In this document: in pieces, positions 39,296 through 50,209 of the stretch
Numbering within the stretch: the stretch's first letter is position 1
Layout of the letters: each line of letters starts with the position of its first letter
Source of the DNA: Myxococcota bacterium
Lineage (GTDB): Bacteria; UBA10199; JADFYH01
Assembly: GCA_052034865.1 (NCBI GenBank)
Contig: JBPOIC010000014.1
Location: 1-64,000, forward strand
Direction of reading: 5' to 3'
DNA length: 64,000 nt
The notes under the pieces: model-generated
What the model was told of the DNA's origin: nothing
Databases searched by the model: none
The model's input: the letters and a program-made list of their open reading frames with translations, nothing else
Translations under genes and position numbers: made by a program

Positions 39296-40613
39296 AATTT
39301 CCCGTCTTGAAAAACTGGATCAGGAGATCCTGTGGCATCCTTTTACTCAGATGAAAGAATACATGGGTGATAAGCCGCTCATCATCGAGCGAGGGGAAGG
39401 TTCCAGTCTGATTGATGTCGATGGGAAGCGTTATTTAGACGGGGTTTCCTCGCTTTGGGTAACCGTGCATGGCCACCAAAAAAAAGAAATCGATGCGGCC
39501 ATCAAGGCTCAGCTCGATCAGATCGCTCACTCTACTCTGCTGGGACTTTCCAATGTTCCCGCCATCCTTCTGGCAGAAAAACTTTTACAGCTTGTTCCTC
39601 AAAATCTGAAAAAGGTTTTTTATTCGGATTCTGGTTCAACGGCAGTTGAGGTCGCCTTGAAAATCGCGTTTCAATATTATAAAAATCAGGCCTCCTCTTC
39701 CGCGAATGGAGAGAAAGAAAGTAGAAAACAAAAATTCCTTACGCTTCAAAATGCGTATCACGGTGATACGATTGGTTCGGTGAGTGTGGGAGGGATCAAT
39801 TTGTTTCATTCGGTCTATCGTCCTCTTCTTTTTGAATCATATCAAATTCCCTCTTTTGATCTGAACTGGACGGAAAATTTCCTCAAAGAAAAACATCAGG
39901 AAATGGCAGCGGTGATTGTGGAACCGATGATCCAGGGTGCGGCCGGAATGCTTTTGCAGCCGTCCGGTTTTTTGCGAGGACTTCGCGAGCTCACGAAGCG
40001 CTACCAGATCCTGCTCATCGCAGATGAAGTTGCGACAGGTTTTGGACGCACCGGAAAAATGTTTGCATGTGAGCACGAAGGGGTGGCGCCGGATCTTTTG
40101 TGTGTGGCGAAAGGGATCACCGGAGGATATTTGCCACTCGCGGCGACACTTGCAACCGAAGAGGTTTACCGCGGGTTTTATGCTGATTACGCCGAGCTGA
40201 AAACCTTCTTTCATGGTCATACCTACACGGGAAATCCTCTGGCTTGTGCGGCTGCGATTGCAAACCTGAAAATCTTTGAGCAGGAAAAAACGATCGAAAA
40301 CCTTCAGTCTAAAATTCATCATTTCTCTGAGCTTTTAGCGCCATTCAAAAATCACCCGCACGTGCGCGAGGTCCGTCAGCTGGGAATGATGGTAGGGATA
40401 GACCTGATCCGTGATCGCGAGAAAAATATCGAATACCGCTTAGAGGAGCGCATCGGTCATCAGGTCGTTTTGGCAGCCCGAAAACTGGGTGTGATTATTC
40501 GCCCCTTGGGTTCTGTAATTGTGCTCATGCCCCCGCTTTCGATTTCTGAGGATGAACTTCGAAGCCTCGTGTCAGCCGTCTATCAGTCAGTGAATGGGAT
40601 TTGTGGGTGCTGA
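39282..40613 (+). CDS. bioA: Adenosylmethionine-8-amino-7-oxononanoate aminotransferase BioA
   Basis: Class III aminotransferase (IADEVATGFGRTG). Overlaps the bioF stop by 14 nt. Confidence 0.85.
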   Translation: MNSSEISRLEKLDQEILWHPFTQMKEYMGDKPLIIERGEGSSLIDVDGKRYLDGVSSLWVTVHGHQKKEIDAAIKAQLDQIAHSTLLGLSNVPAILLAEKLLQLVPQNLKKVFYSDSGSTAVEVALKIAFQYYKNQASSSANGEKESRKQKFLTLQNAYHGDTIGSVSVGGINLFHSVYRPLLFESYQIPSFDLNWTENFLKEKHQEMAAVIVEPMIQGAAGMLLQPSGFLRGLRELTKRYQILLIADEVATGFGRTGKMFACEHEGVAPDLLCVAKGITGGYLPLAATLATEEVYRGFYADYAELKTFFHGHTYTGNPLACAAAIANLKIFEQEKTIENLQSKIHHFSELLAPFKNHPHVREVRQLGMMVGIDLIRDREKNIEYRLEERIGHQVVLAARKLGVIIRPLGSVIVLMPPLSISEDELRSLVSAVYQSVNGICGC

Positions 40614-41387
40614 GTGATTACTTCTTTTAATCATAAAAAACTTTTCATTGTAGGCACCGATACAGGGGTTGGCAAAACCCTTGTGACTGCGGCTTTGGCG
40701 GCTTATCTGTCTTCTATTGGTTATCAGGTAGGGGTAATGAAACCCCTGGAATCGGGATGTTCGCCTTCACTCGACACAAAGGGTCAGAAAATCTTAATCC
40801 CGCAGGATGCGCTTTATTTGCAGTCGATGTCTCAAACCCAAGAAAATTTGGATCAGATCAATCCTTATCGCTTCGAGGCCCCGCTGGCCCCTGGAGTGGC
40901 GGCGGATATTGTGGGGGTCAAAGTTGATTTGGATTTCATCCTTCAGACTGCTGAATCAATGACTCGCCGACAGGATATTATCTTGATTGAAGGGGCGGGT
41001 GGTCTGATGGTTCCTTTAAGTTCCAGTTTTCTTGGAATCGATCTAATTGAAAAAATGAACGCTTCCGTTCTGCTCGTGGGAAGGGCCGGATTGGGAACGA
41101 TTAATCACTGCCTGCTCACACTCTCCGCGCTTGAAAACAGAAATATTCCCGTTGTGGGAATTCTCCTTAATCACACAGATCCGAAAACAGATCTTTCTTC
41201 CCATACAAATCTCCAAACTCTTTCCCGTTGGACCTCAGTGCCTGTGTGGGGAGAGTTTTCATTTCTTAAAAATCCTCTCGATCGTCTGGAGTTGATAGAA
41301 GAGGCAAAGAAATTTCATCCTTATTTAAAATCTCTTCTGGATGATTTTTCTTCCAGCGGGTTTCAGCCTCGTCCAAAGCCCGAATGA
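40614..41387 (+). CDS. bioD: Dethiobiotin synthetase BioD
   Basis: P-loop FIVGTDTGVGKT and EGAGG motif. Start abuts the bioA stop. Confidence 0.85.
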   Translation: MITSFNHKKLFIVGTDTGVGKTLVTAALAAYLSSIGYQVGVMKPLESGCSPSLDTKGQKILIPQDALYLQSMSQTQENLDQINPYRFEAPLAPGVAADIVGVKVDLDFILQTAESMTRRQDIILIEGAGGLMVPLSSSFLGIDLIEKMNASVLLVGRAGLGTINHCLLTLSALENRNIPVVGILLNHTDPKTDLSSHTNLQTLSRWTSVPVWGEFSFLKNPLDRLELIEEAKKFHPYLKSLLDDFSSSGFQPRPKPE

Positions 41388-42880
41388 GAGGACGCTGGCA
41401 GAGAAGGGGGAGTGAACGAAGAGGGTTGTGTGGATGGGGGGAATAGAGTGGTTTTCTGTTTTGAAAATGTGTTTTGTGCGATGGGATCAAAGTGGTGTGC
41501 AAAGGACTGATAGGTTTTATCGATCCATTGAGGATCGATATCCTTTACCTGAACAAAGACCTTACGCACATCGAGAGGAATTTTTACAATCGGTTGTAAG
41601 GATTCATGAGCAAGGACCTCTTTCAGAATATCTTCCCTATCAAATCCCCTCACTTCTGCAATTTGGGCGAGCAGGGGGTGAAAATCCCTGAAAAGTGAAG
41701 ATCGGCCCTCTTTGCCTGTCAGAGCAGAAATAAGGCCGGCATAAGGGAAAATTCCTTCCGAGACCTGAGCCATCCGGCAGGGAAGAGGATCGACCTGAAG
41801 GGATGTTTTAAACAGATGACGAATGTGGTGTTTTTTGTCTTTGAGCAAAAACTCTGGGCGATACGGAACGCCACCTCTGTCTTGAGCGAGTTTCCGCGAG
41901 GCATCTTCACATTCTTCCTGAATGAAAAAACCGATTCGATCGGCCAGTGAGACGGCCTCTTCGCTATCGTAGGGAATGCGCAAAATGTAGAGAAGGTCTG
42001 CCCAACCCATCACGCCGAGTGAAATGGCGCGGTAATGTTGATGGGTCCGCTTGGAGGCAAGGGTAGGGTAGCAATAAAAGTCGATGGCATTATCCAAAAA
42101 ATGAATGGCTCTTTGAATGCTACAGCGCAGCTTTGCCCAGCTGATTTCTTCCTCTTCGATAAATGCCGCAAGATTCAGGTAGGCGGTTGGAATATGAGCT
42201 GGATCGATTTGTTCCAGAGAGGGATCCAAAAATAAATCACTGGGGGAATAAGTTTCCGGACGGGTTTGAGAAGAAAGATTTCCGAGGTAGGGTTGTCCTG
42301 ATTTTAGATTGGCTTTCAGCAAAGCTCTTCCAGGTAAAAAACGCAGGTGAGTCATTTCTTCATAGAAGGCTTGGGATCTGGTGCATGGATCTGAGAAAGC
42401 ATCATATTCCAGATCGATGGCGGCCAAAACCTGGCTTAAGTCCTGAAAATATTGTCGGGCATGGATCTGCAAGGTTTGCCGGTCTAAACCGCTTTCAAGA
42501 TTAAGATGGTGTGTCAGCGTTGAAAGATTACGTTCTTCCCAGATAAGTGTTGGGACCGAAGAGAGTTCTGATTCAGCAGGTGCTTGTTTTTGGGAAGGAA
42601 AGTTGGATGGATGGAAGATGGATTTCTCATTTTGAACTGCAGGGCCTGAGATGGAAAAAAGCGAGAGAATTCCCATTTCCATCAATCGGGAGCGAACAAG
42701 GTCTGAAATCCTGATCAGAGTAAGATTATTTGTATGGGGGTTTTGATCTTCTGGATCGAATCGCTCTGAGAGCAAAAGGCTCAGTGAAGCAGTCATTCTG
42801 GAATTGTCTGGCAAAAATAGATTATGCATCGGTTTAGTCTCATTGAAGCCAGGTTCCAAAAATTCTGAGATGGGCGACAT
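41363..42880 (-). CDS. Ribonucleotide reductase class II-like protein, truncated and catalytically degenerate (possible pseudogene or neofunctionalised domain)
   Basis: The central region (YLNLAAFIEEE...FLDNAIDF...ISLGVMGWADLLYILRIPYDSEEA) matches the RNR C-terminal barrel segment SINL-LDNVID-RRIGLGVMG-LGIPYDSEEA. The NPCGE / SCNLGS catalytic cysteine motifs and the N-terminal ~500 aa of a real NrdJ/NrdA are absent. Confidence 0.5.
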   Translation of the reverse strand: MSPISEFLEPGFNETKPMHNLFLPDNSRMTASLSLLLSERFDPEDQNPHTNNLTLIRISDLVRSRLMEMGILSLFSISGPAVQNEKSIFHPSNFPSQKQAPAESELSSVPTLIWEERNLSTLTHHLNLESGLDRQTLQIHARQYFQDLSQVLAAIDLEYDAFSDPCTRSQAFYEEMTHLRFLPGRALLKANLKSGQPYLGNLSSQTRPETYSPSDLFLDPSLEQIDPAHIPTAYLNLAAFIEEEEISWAKLRCSIQRAIHFLDNAIDFYCYPTLASKRTHQHYRAISLGVMGWADLLYILRIPYDSEEAVSLADRIGFFIQEECEDASRKLAQDRGGVPYRPEFLLKDKKHHIRHLFKTSLQVDPLPCRMAQVSEGIFPYAGLISALTGKEGRSSLFRDFHPLLAQIAEVRGFDREDILKEVLAHESLQPIVKIPLDVRKVFVQVKDIDPQWIDKTYQSFAHHFDPIAQNTFSKQKTTLFPPSTQPSSFTPPSLPASSHSGFGRG

Positions 42881-43213
42881 ATCCACAGTCCTTTGACGGT
42901 TATCCTCAGTTTATTCACCCTTCATCCACATTTAATTCACAGATTATCCACAACATGCAGTGGTTAGCTCATATAAACTATCAATATATAGTGGTGTCAC
43001 TTTGCGTCAATGAATTTGAAAGTTGGGATCTTGACGGTTTAATTTTCAGAATCATTTTAAGTCCTTAAACGCGAAAAAAATTTAGCGGTCCTTCAAAAAA
43101 TCTGAGAAAACTAAAGATGAGATGAAGGATAAATAAAAACTCTTTTTGTTTTTAAAGACTTATAAAAAATGAGGAGGTTTGATTAAAAATTTTCAAAGTG
43201 AATATTTTTTAAG

Positions 43214-44371
43214 CTATTGGAGGATAGGTATTTCTTTGGATTGAAAATCCAGAAGCCCCGCACTTCCACTAAAACCGGCTCCAAATGAAACCATCAGTCC
43301 CAGGCCTGGAGAAGGATGATTCATGAAGAGGTCATGAAGGATAAATCCAATCGAGCAGGAGGAGAGATTCCCGTAACGGTTCAGAATTTTATACGAAGAA
43401 GCAGTTTTGGGGCTTTGATTCGGGATTTGAAAGGTTTTGCATACCCCGTTGAGAATCTTAAAGCTTCCTGTATGGATGAGATAGTGATCCAGATTTTGTA
43501 GGGTCAATCCAGGGATGGGCGCCTGTTGAATCAACTCGGTTGCGCAGCGCTCGGCATAAATGGCTCCACGTTGGGGCACATTTTTACTCATTTGGTAAAA
43601 AGGGATGTGACGATGGCCAGGAGTAAGAACACGTCCTTCAGAGATCGTGAGCAGGTTTTCATCCTCTTTGGATAAATTCGTGTAGTGCTGAAAGGGACCG
43701 ATGGCGGGTTTGTTTTCCTGGGCCCCCAAAAGGAGAGAAACGGCACCGTCCCCAAAAAGAAAAATTTCAATCAGCTTTTGGGTTGCGATGAGGTTTTCGG
43801 GATTTTTGCCATCCAGCTCGGACAAGGCGTAATGAAATCCTCGATGAAGATCCGCATAACCGGTATGGGCTTCGGCGGCAGTAATCAGGACTTTCTGATC
43901 CGGATGCAAAATGAGATAATCATGCGCCAGCTCGAAGGCCTTTAGCAAAACTGAGCATCCCTGATTCATCATGTTTACGACGTTGGGATGTTTTGGAAAC
44001 CTCTCTTCCATTCGAGTGATCAATTGATAACCCAAACACGGAAAGTGATAATCGGAAGTATTGGTTAGGGCGATCAACATTCCGATCTGAGAGGGATCAC
44101 AATCAGATTGTTTCAAACAGAGCTCGGTCGCTTTTTGTGCCAGGTCTGTTGTGGTCTCCGCGAATTCAGGAGGGCACTTGCCTTGCATCCATCCTGCATA
44201 ATCCTTGAGAATCGAATGTCTGGCATCGATTTGAAGTCGCATCACACTTTCTTTCAGTTCATCAGACATGCTGCCGTTGAGAGTATCCATCAACTCTGGG
44301 GTTGTAACGGGGGCTCCAGGTAAATAGGTGGCGATCGAGAGAATCGAAGGACGGGGATGAGCGATGGTCAT
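43214..44371 (-). CDS. Type III polyketide synthase / KAS III-like condensing enzyme
   Basis: Cys-His-Asn triad context of type III PKS type: QGCSVLL, HTGSFK and YGNLSSCS (like GNMSSA). AAAGGA RBS. Confidence 0.7.
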   Translation of the reverse strand: MTIAHPRPSILSIATYLPGAPVTTPELMDTLNGSMSDELKESVMRLQIDARHSILKDYAGWMQGKCPPEFAETTTDLAQKATELCLKQSDCDPSQIGMLIALTNTSDYHFPCLGYQLITRMEERFPKHPNVVNMMNQGCSVLLKAFELAHDYLILHPDQKVLITAAEAHTGYADLHRGFHYALSELDGKNPENLIATQKLIEIFLFGDGAVSLLLGAQENKPAIGPFQHYTNLSKEDENLLTISEGRVLTPGHRHIPFYQMSKNVPQRGAIYAERCATELIQQAPIPGLTLQNLDHYLIHTGSFKILNGVCKTFQIPNQSPKTASSYKILNRYGNLSSCSIGFILHDLFMNHPSPGLGLMVSFGAGFSGSAGLLDFQSKEIPILQ

Positions 44372-44522
44372 AATGATCCTTTATTTTGTTGAGCAAAAAT
44401 TTTTTTTATGGGGTGTTCACGGCATTATCGAAACTCTAAAGATTGAGTTGCGTAAAAAAATGAGAATCTGCTTTATTCTTATGGGGTGACTGGGTAAGGA
44501 GCTTTTAAAGGAGACAAGGATC

Positions 44523-47231
44523 ATGCTGAGTTCGATTGCGCGTAAAATTTTTGGAAGTAAAAATGATCGGGAGTTAAAGCGTATTGTTCCCGTGATAGAT
44601 CAAATTCGTGAGTTGGAATCCCAAATGCAGGCCCTGTCTGATGAAGGTCTGCGTGAGAAAACATTTTCATTTAAGGACAGGCTGACAAAAGGGGAAACCC
44701 TTGATGACATTCTGCCGGAGGCCTTTGCCGTGGTTCGGGAAGCCTCAATACGTGTGTTGGGAATGCGCCATTTCGATTCACAGATGATCGGTGGTTTTGT
44801 GTTGCACGAAGGAAAAATCGCCGAAATGAAGACGGGTGAAGGAAAAACCCTTGTCGCCACCTTGCCGGTTTATCTCAATGCCCTCGAAGGCAAAGGTGTG
44901 CATGTGGTGACCGTAAATGATTACCTTGCACGACGAGATTCCGAGTGGATGGGAAGGGTTTACCGTTTTTTGGGATTAAGCGTAGGAGTGATTGTCCACG
45001 GATTAAACGATGAACAGCGCCGGACTTCCTATCATGCCGATGTTACTTACGGCACGAACAACGAGTTTGGATTCGACTATCTCCGCGATAACATGAAATT
45101 TGATCTGGCGAGTTGTGTTCAGCGCGGGCTGCATTACGCCATTGTCGATGAGGTCGATAGCATTCTCATCGACGAAGCACGCACTCCTTTGATCATTTCA
45201 GGTCCTTCTGAAGTATCGACCCACCAATATTATCAAATCGATCAGGTTATTCCCCAACTGACCCGAGAGACTCATTTTACCATCGATGAAAAAATTCGTT
45301 CCGCCAGTTTGACCGAGGCGGGAGTTGCCCAGGTCGAAAAGATTTTAGGGATCGAAAATCTTTATGATCCTCAACAAATTGAAACCCTGCATCACGTTGA
45401 ACAGGCCCTGCGAGCGCATGCGCTTTTCAAAAGGGATGTTGATTATGTCGTAAAAGACGGCGAGGTCGTGATTGTTGACGAATTCACGGGACGACAGATG
45501 CCCGGCAGACGCTGGAGTGATGGTCTTCACCAGGCGATTGAAGCCAAGGAAAAGGTCCAGGTCGAAAATGAAAATCAGACCCTGGCGACGATTTCTTTCC
45601 AAAATTATTTTCGCATGTACCAAAAACTTTCCGGTATGACCGGAACTGCAGATACCGAGGCTGCAGAGTTTGGAAAGATTTACAATCTGGAAGTCATGGT
45701 GATTCCTCCCAACCGGCCCATGATCCGAAAAGACGATGCAGACATGATCTATAAAAATGAGAAAGGAAAATTTAAGGCAGTAATCAAGGAGGTTGAAGAT
45801 TGCCACCAGCGGGGACAACCGGTGTTGGTAGGTACAATCTCCATTGAAAAATCCGAACTCCTTGCCGGCATGCTTTCCCGCCGCGGGATCAGGCATTCTG
45901 TGCTCAATGCCAAACATCATGAAAAAGAAGCCGAGATAGTTGCCCAGGCAGGACGCTTTGGAGCTGTCACGATTTCCACCAACATGGCCGGTCGCGGAAC
46001 GGATATTCTTCTCGGTGGCAATCCAGAGTTTTTAGCCAAGTCAAAAATCAGGCCCGAGGAAAACCCTGAAGAGTATTTTAAGATTTGTGAAGAATTTAAG
46101 AAAAACTGCGAGGATGAAAAAAGGAAGGTCATGGATGCAGGTGGTTTGCATATCATCGGAACCGAGCGTCATGAATCCCGCCGAATTGACAATCAGTTGC
46201 GTGGACGTGCAGGTCGTCAGGGGGATCCCGGCTCTTCCCGATTCTATATTTCTTTAGAAGACGACCTTATGCGTATCTTTGGATCTGATCGCATTGCTGG
46301 CATGATGGATCGTCTGGGAATGGAAGAAGACGAGCCGATTTTTCATCCCTGGATCACTAAGGCGATCGAAAGTTCCCAAAAGAAAGTGGAGGCTCACAAC
46401 TTCGACAGTCGAAAAAATCTTTTGGAATTTGATGATGTCATGAATCAGCAGCGTAGTACGGTTTATAAACTGCGTCGCGAGTTACTGGCAGGCATTGGTA
46501 CTCAGGATAAAGTGACCGATCTAATTGACCAGTGGGCCGAAAAAATCCCGATGGATTTTGAGCCGGATCGTGGTGAGGAGTGGAATGTAAAAGCCCTGAA
46601 TGATCAGTTGTTCAAGGTTTTTGGTGCAAGATTAGAGTCTTTGCCGAGCCCCACCATCGGGCTTTCGATGGATGAAGTGGGAGAAAAAATCTATCACCAT
46701 GCCCTTTCTCTCTACGAAGCCAAGGAAAAGAATGTAGGTTCCGATGTGCTCCGCCATGTCGAGCGCGTTTTGATGCTTCAAACCCTCGATGCCCTCTGGA
46801 AAGATCATCTTTTAAGTATGGATCATCTTCGCGATGGAATCGGTTTGCGTGGTTATGCCCAAAAAGATCCAATTGTTGAATACAAGCGAGAAGGTTTTAA
46901 TCTTTTTGAAAAGATGATGATTCGCTTTACCGAAGACGCCCTGGAAAAAGTTTTTAGGGTTCAGATTCACATAGAAAAAGCTCCAGCTCCTCAACCGATT
47001 GCACCTTCCAATGCTTCCCAACCAGAGCTTCAAAAACCGGTTTTTCCTGGGGCTTTTCCATCATCCGCCCCGACGCCCGCCCTACGACCAGCGGCTGCGA
47101 ATCCAGTCTCAAAACAGGCTTACATTCAAACCGCCACTGGTTCTTTGCAACGAGAGGCCCCCAAGGTACGTCGCAATGAATCCTGCCCCTGTGGGAGTGG
47201 AAAAAAATATAAAAAATGTTGTGGGGCTTAG
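44523..47231 (+). CDS. secA: Preprotein translocase ATPase SecA
   Basis: 902 aa. DEAD-like motor motifs ([19 protein letters not shown]), preprotein cross-linking domain, C-terminal zinc-binding [14 protein letters not shown]. Confidence 0.95.
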   Translation: MLSSIARKIFGSKNDRELKRIVPVIDQIRELESQMQALSDEGLREKTFSFKDRLTKGETLDDILPEAFAVVREASIRVLGMRHFDSQMIGGFVLHEGKIAEMKTGEGKTLVATLPVYLNALEGKGVHVVTVNDYLARRDSEWMGRVYRFLGLSVGVIVHGLNDEQRRTSYHADVTYGTNNEFGFDYLRDNMKFDLASCVQRGLHYAIVDEVDSILIDEARTPLIISGPSEVSTHQYYQIDQVIPQLTRETHFTIDEKIRSASLTEAGVAQVEKILGIENLYDPQQIETLHHVEQALRAHALFKRDVDYVVKDGEVVIVDEFTGRQMPGRRWSDGLHQAIEAKEKVQVENENQTLATISFQNYFRMYQKLSGMTGTADTEAAEFGKIYNLEVMVIPPNRPMIRKDDADMIYKNEKGKFKAVIKEVEDCHQRGQPVLVGTISIEKSELLAGMLSRRGIRHSVLNAKHHEKEAEIVAQAGRFGAVTISTNMAGRGTDILLGGNPEFLAKSKIRPEENPEEYFKICEEFKKNCEDEKRKVMDAGGLHIIGTERHESRRIDNQLRGRAGRQGDPGSSRFYISLEDDLMRIFGSDRIAGMMDRLGMEEDEPIFHPWITKAIESSQKKVEAHNFDSRKNLLEFDDVMNQQRSTVYKLRRELLAGIGTQDKVTDLIDQWAEKIPMDFEPDRGEEWNVKALNDQLFKVFGARLESLPSPTIGLSMDEVGEKIYHHALSLYEAKEKNVGSDVLRHVERVLMLQTLDALWKDHLLSMDHLRDGIGLRGYAQKDPIVEYKREGFNLFEKMMIRFTEDALEKVFRVQIHIEKAPAPQPIAPSNASQPELQKPVFPGAFPSSAPTPALRPAAANPVSKQAYIQTATGSLQREAPKVRRNESCPCGSGKKYKKCCGA

Positions 47232-47234
47232 GAA

Positions 47235-47957
47235 ATGACCGAAGCCACACTAATGTATCTGGAACAAAACTATTATGGGGTTCTTGCAAAGATTCAGTCT
47301 GCCCTTCAAAAGGCAGGACGACCCCAAGGATCTGTTCGTTTGTTGGCTGTATCAAAAGGGCATTCGTGGAAGGCCATTCAAAAAATTCATTTTTTGGGAC
47401 AGTTGGACTTTGGTGAAAACTACGTCCAGGAGCTTAGGCAAAAAAGAGCCTTACAGGAATCAAGCCTTTCTCAGAACGACTTTCATTGGCATTATACCGG
47501 TCATCTCCAAACTAATAAGTTAAAAGATCTAATCGGAACGATCCGTCTTTTTCATTCCATTGATCGCTTGAGTTTAGCTGAAAAAATGAATGCCCTGGCT
47601 CAGCAGAGGCAGGTTCGATGTCAGGGTTTGGTCGAGGTGAATCTGGGAAATGAGATGGGTAAATTCGGGATCCAAAAAGAAAATCTGGAAACATTTTTAG
47701 AACAACTTAATAGGCTTTCTTTTGTCGATATTCAAGGTTTGATGATTATCCCTCCTTTCTCAGAAAATCCTGAAGATACAAGGCCTTACTTTAAAGAACT
47801 TCGAGATATTCTTAACCAAATTAATCATCGGAAAATTTACCGAGCTCCCTTGTGTGAGCTTTCCATGGGGATGTCTCACGATTATGAAGTGGCGATCGAA
47901 GAAGGCGCCACATGGGTGCGGGTGGGAACAAATATTTTTGGGCCCCGTCACCCATAA
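47235..47957 (+). CDS. yggS: YggS-family pyridoxal phosphate homeostasis protein
   Basis: LLAVSKGHS PLP-Lys motif on a TIM-barrel alanine-racemase N-terminal-domain fold; 240 aa. Confidence 0.85.
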   Translation: MTEATLMYLEQNYYGVLAKIQSALQKAGRPQGSVRLLAVSKGHSWKAIQKIHFLGQLDFGENYVQELRQKRALQESSLSQNDFHWHYTGHLQTNKLKDLIGTIRLFHSIDRLSLAEKMNALAQQRQVRCQGLVEVNLGNEMGKFGIQKENLETFLEQLNRLSFVDIQGLMIIPPFSENPEDTRPYFKELRDILNQINHRKIYRAPLCELSMGMSHDYEVAIEEGATWVRVGTNIFGPRHP

Positions 47958-47973
47958 CCCATCAAAGGAACCT

Positions 47974-48810
47974 ATGATTACACAACCTCTCTTGGGATTT
48001 ATTGGTGCAGGAAATATGGCGCAGGCCCTGATCGCCGGATGGGTGTCGAAAGGTCAGTCTGCCTCATCGATTTTAATTTCGGATGCCAATCCTCAAAAAC
48101 TTTCCCAGCTTAAGAAAAAATATGGTGTGTTACCGGTTTCTTCAAATCAGGAACTTGTACAAAAGGCTTCGCAAATTGTTCTGGCGGTCAAGCCACAAGA
48201 TCTTAGGCAAGTTCTGTCAGAAATTGTTCCTTTTGTGAAAAATCAAACCTTTGTTTCCATTGCAGCTGGTATAGATCTTTCCTTTATTTCTCGTCATCTG
48301 ACTTCTCCTTCACAGAAAAAAGCTCCTCTTGTGTTGCGTGCCATGCCCAATAATCCTGCTTTGATTGGGCAAGGAATAACGGCTCTTTACACTCCTTTGA
48401 AGCTCAACTCTTCTCAGAAAAAAAACATTCAAAACATTTTTTTGGGGGCAGGTCAGGTACTTTGGGTGGAAAAGGAAAAGGATCTGGATGCTGTCACCGG
48501 TCTTTCGGGCTCGGGGCCTGCATATGTGTATCTTTTTACAGAGGCTTTGATTCAGGCCGGAATCGCTAGAGGACTTTCGTTGGAAATTGCCTCCCAGTTG
48601 GTCATCAGTACCTTGGTTGGCTCATCCCTCATGATTCAAAAGACGATGCAAAAGCCAGAGGAGTTGATCGCCCAGGTGACTTCCAAGCGAGGGACCACGC
48701 TTGCAGGTCTTCAGGTCTTAAAAAAGGGAGGGCTTTTTCGCCTGATAAAAAAGACGGTCCGTGCGGCCACGCTTCGAGCTCAGCAGATGCGAAAAGAGTT
48801 CGGCTCTTAA
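47974..48810 (+). CDS. proC: Pyrroline-5-carboxylate reductase ProC
   Basis: LGFIGAGNMAQAL Rossmann motif and a C-terminal dimerisation domain. ATG 47974 with AAAGGAA RBS chosen over the ORF-track extension into yggS. Confidence 0.85.
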   Translation: MITQPLLGFIGAGNMAQALIAGWVSKGQSASSILISDANPQKLSQLKKKYGVLPVSSNQELVQKASQIVLAVKPQDLRQVLSEIVPFVKNQTFVSIAAGIDLSFISRHLTSPSQKKAPLVLRAMPNNPALIGQGITALYTPLKLNSSQKKNIQNIFLGAGQVLWVEKEKDLDAVTGLSGSGPAYVYLFTEALIQAGIARGLSLEIASQLVISTLVGSSLMIQKTMQKPEELIAQVTSKRGTTLAGLQVLKKGGLFRLIKKTVRAATLRAQQMRKEFGS

Positions 48811-48859
48811 GTTTGTTATTTTTCAAATGCTTGGCAATTAAATTTTCAAGAGGAATTTT

Positions 48860-49186
48860 ATGCTGCTCCACTCGGTAGGTTATTTTATTATCTCCCTTGC
48901 GAAAATCGTTCAGTTATTAGCGGAGATGTATGTGTTTGTCATTGCCGCTTCGGTTCTTATCTCCTGGATTGGTGCCGATCCTTATAATCCCATCGTCCGC
49001 TTTGTTCGGCAGATGACAGAGCCGGTCTTTAGCCGTTTTCGGCGCTACGTCCCAAAAGCCTTGTTTCGGACAGGGATGGATTTTACGCCGGTGCTGGTTT
49101 TGATCCTTTTAATTTTTATTGAGAACTTTGTGGTCAATGTTCTTTTTGAGCTCGGCCAGTCCTTATTGATGAATAAAAAAATGTGA
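48860..49186 (+). CDS. yggT: YggT family membrane protein
   Basis: 108 aa, 2-3 TM, with the ISWIGADPYNPIVRFVRQMTEP motif. Conserved position after yggS-proC. Confidence 0.75.
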   Translation: MLLHSVGYFIISLAKIVQLLAEMYVFVIAASVLISWIGADPYNPIVRFVRQMTEPVFSRFRRYVPKALFRTGMDFTPVLVLILLIFIENFVVNVLFELGQSLLMNKKM

Positions 49187-49376
49187 TGATGAAATGGTGA
49201 CATTCTGGTCGAAATAATGGTGCGCCAGAGACTCGACACACCAGTTTTTTCCAATTAAGATTAATAGGTTAGGAAAACTGTAGACAACAAACCCCACCTC
49301 CTCTATTCTGATTTTGGCTCAGAGGAATCAAAACAATTTATGGGATGATTCGATGTAAAAACCACTGAGGTGATGA

Positions 49377-49991
49377 TTGGTCGACCGGATCGAAAAAACA
49401 AAATCCTCCCACTATTGGAAAATTGACGGAGGATTGGATCTTAAAAAAGATCAGGAAGAACAATCCTCAGAGAAGGGTCAACAGGAGAATCCCTCAAAAT
49501 TTGATGAGAAAACCGACTGGACGCGACTGATTTCAAAAGATTCCGTCCCGCGAGAGACCGTCAATCTTCCATTAAAATCGATTCAAACCCTGCTGTTTCG
49601 TGGGGTCTCCACCTGGAGGGATAGAGCCTCGCTTGAAGTTGATCTGATTCTTAAAGATGGTACCCGAACAAATTCGGCTCTGCTTTCAATTTCTCGCTCG
49701 GAAGGTTTAAAACTGGTTCATGTCAAGCCCGGCCAAAGTCTTGATTTATACCTGCTAGGGAATGCCCCGCAGGTGCGGGTGGGAGTGGTCGTTCAGGAGA
49801 AAGTGAATCCTCCGCCTGTACCTCTTGTTATGGAAAAAAAATCTGAGTTTGTGATTGAAGAGGAAAAAACTCAGCTGCTGGATTTGCCAGCCGATATTCG
49901 ATTTGGAAAACTCCAGCTTGCCTTATTCATTTTAGGAACCTTGGTGTTGCTGTTCGGAGGATATTGGTTGGTAATGCTTTTGATGTTTTAA
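49377..49991 (+). CDS. Hypothetical protein with C-terminal TM anchor
   Basis: 204 aa. TTG start straight after an in-frame stop (GAGG 6 nt upstream). A single C-terminal hydrophobic helix. No recognisable domain. Confidence 0.4.
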   Translation: MVDRIEKTKSSHYWKIDGGLDLKKDQEEQSSEKGQQENPSKFDEKTDWTRLISKDSVPRETVNLPLKSIQTLLFRGVSTWRDRASLEVDLILKDGTRTNSALLSISRSEGLKLVHVKPGQSLDLYLLGNAPQVRVGVVVQEKVNPPPVPLVMEKKSEFVIEEEKTQLLDLPADIRFGKLQLALFILGTLVLLFGGYWLVMLLMF

Positions 49992-50209
49992 TATCGGTCC
50001 TTCCATCTTTTCTTAAAATTCATCTTTAACATTGAGGTTTTTCAAAATGAATTCACTCCTGATTGGGAGAAGTTGTTCTTACAGCCTTGAGTATTTCTTA
50101 ATGTTATTGGCTCTCTCCTATAAAAGATGAAATAACTGATTCGCCGGATCATCGAAGACAATTGTAGTGTGGGTGCCGAGATAAGGCCCGGAAAGTAAAA
50201 TGAATTCTT

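Noticed and set aside
41363-42886. Calling the RNR-like ORF a functional adenosylcobalamin ribonucleotide reductase
   Set aside because: It is about half the length of NrdJ, and the catalytic cysteine motifs were not found by eye. Reported as degenerate or RNR-like only.
44389-44480. 10-bp direct repeat TTATGGGGTG occurring twice upstream of secA
   Set aside because: Two copies of a short word 82 bp apart could be chance. Noted but not called as a feature.
47854-47973. N-terminal extension of proC overlapping yggS
   Set aside because: The extension overlaps the yggS coding frame. The canonical ProC N-terminus (LGFIGAGNMAQAL) begins at ATG 47974 with its own RBS.
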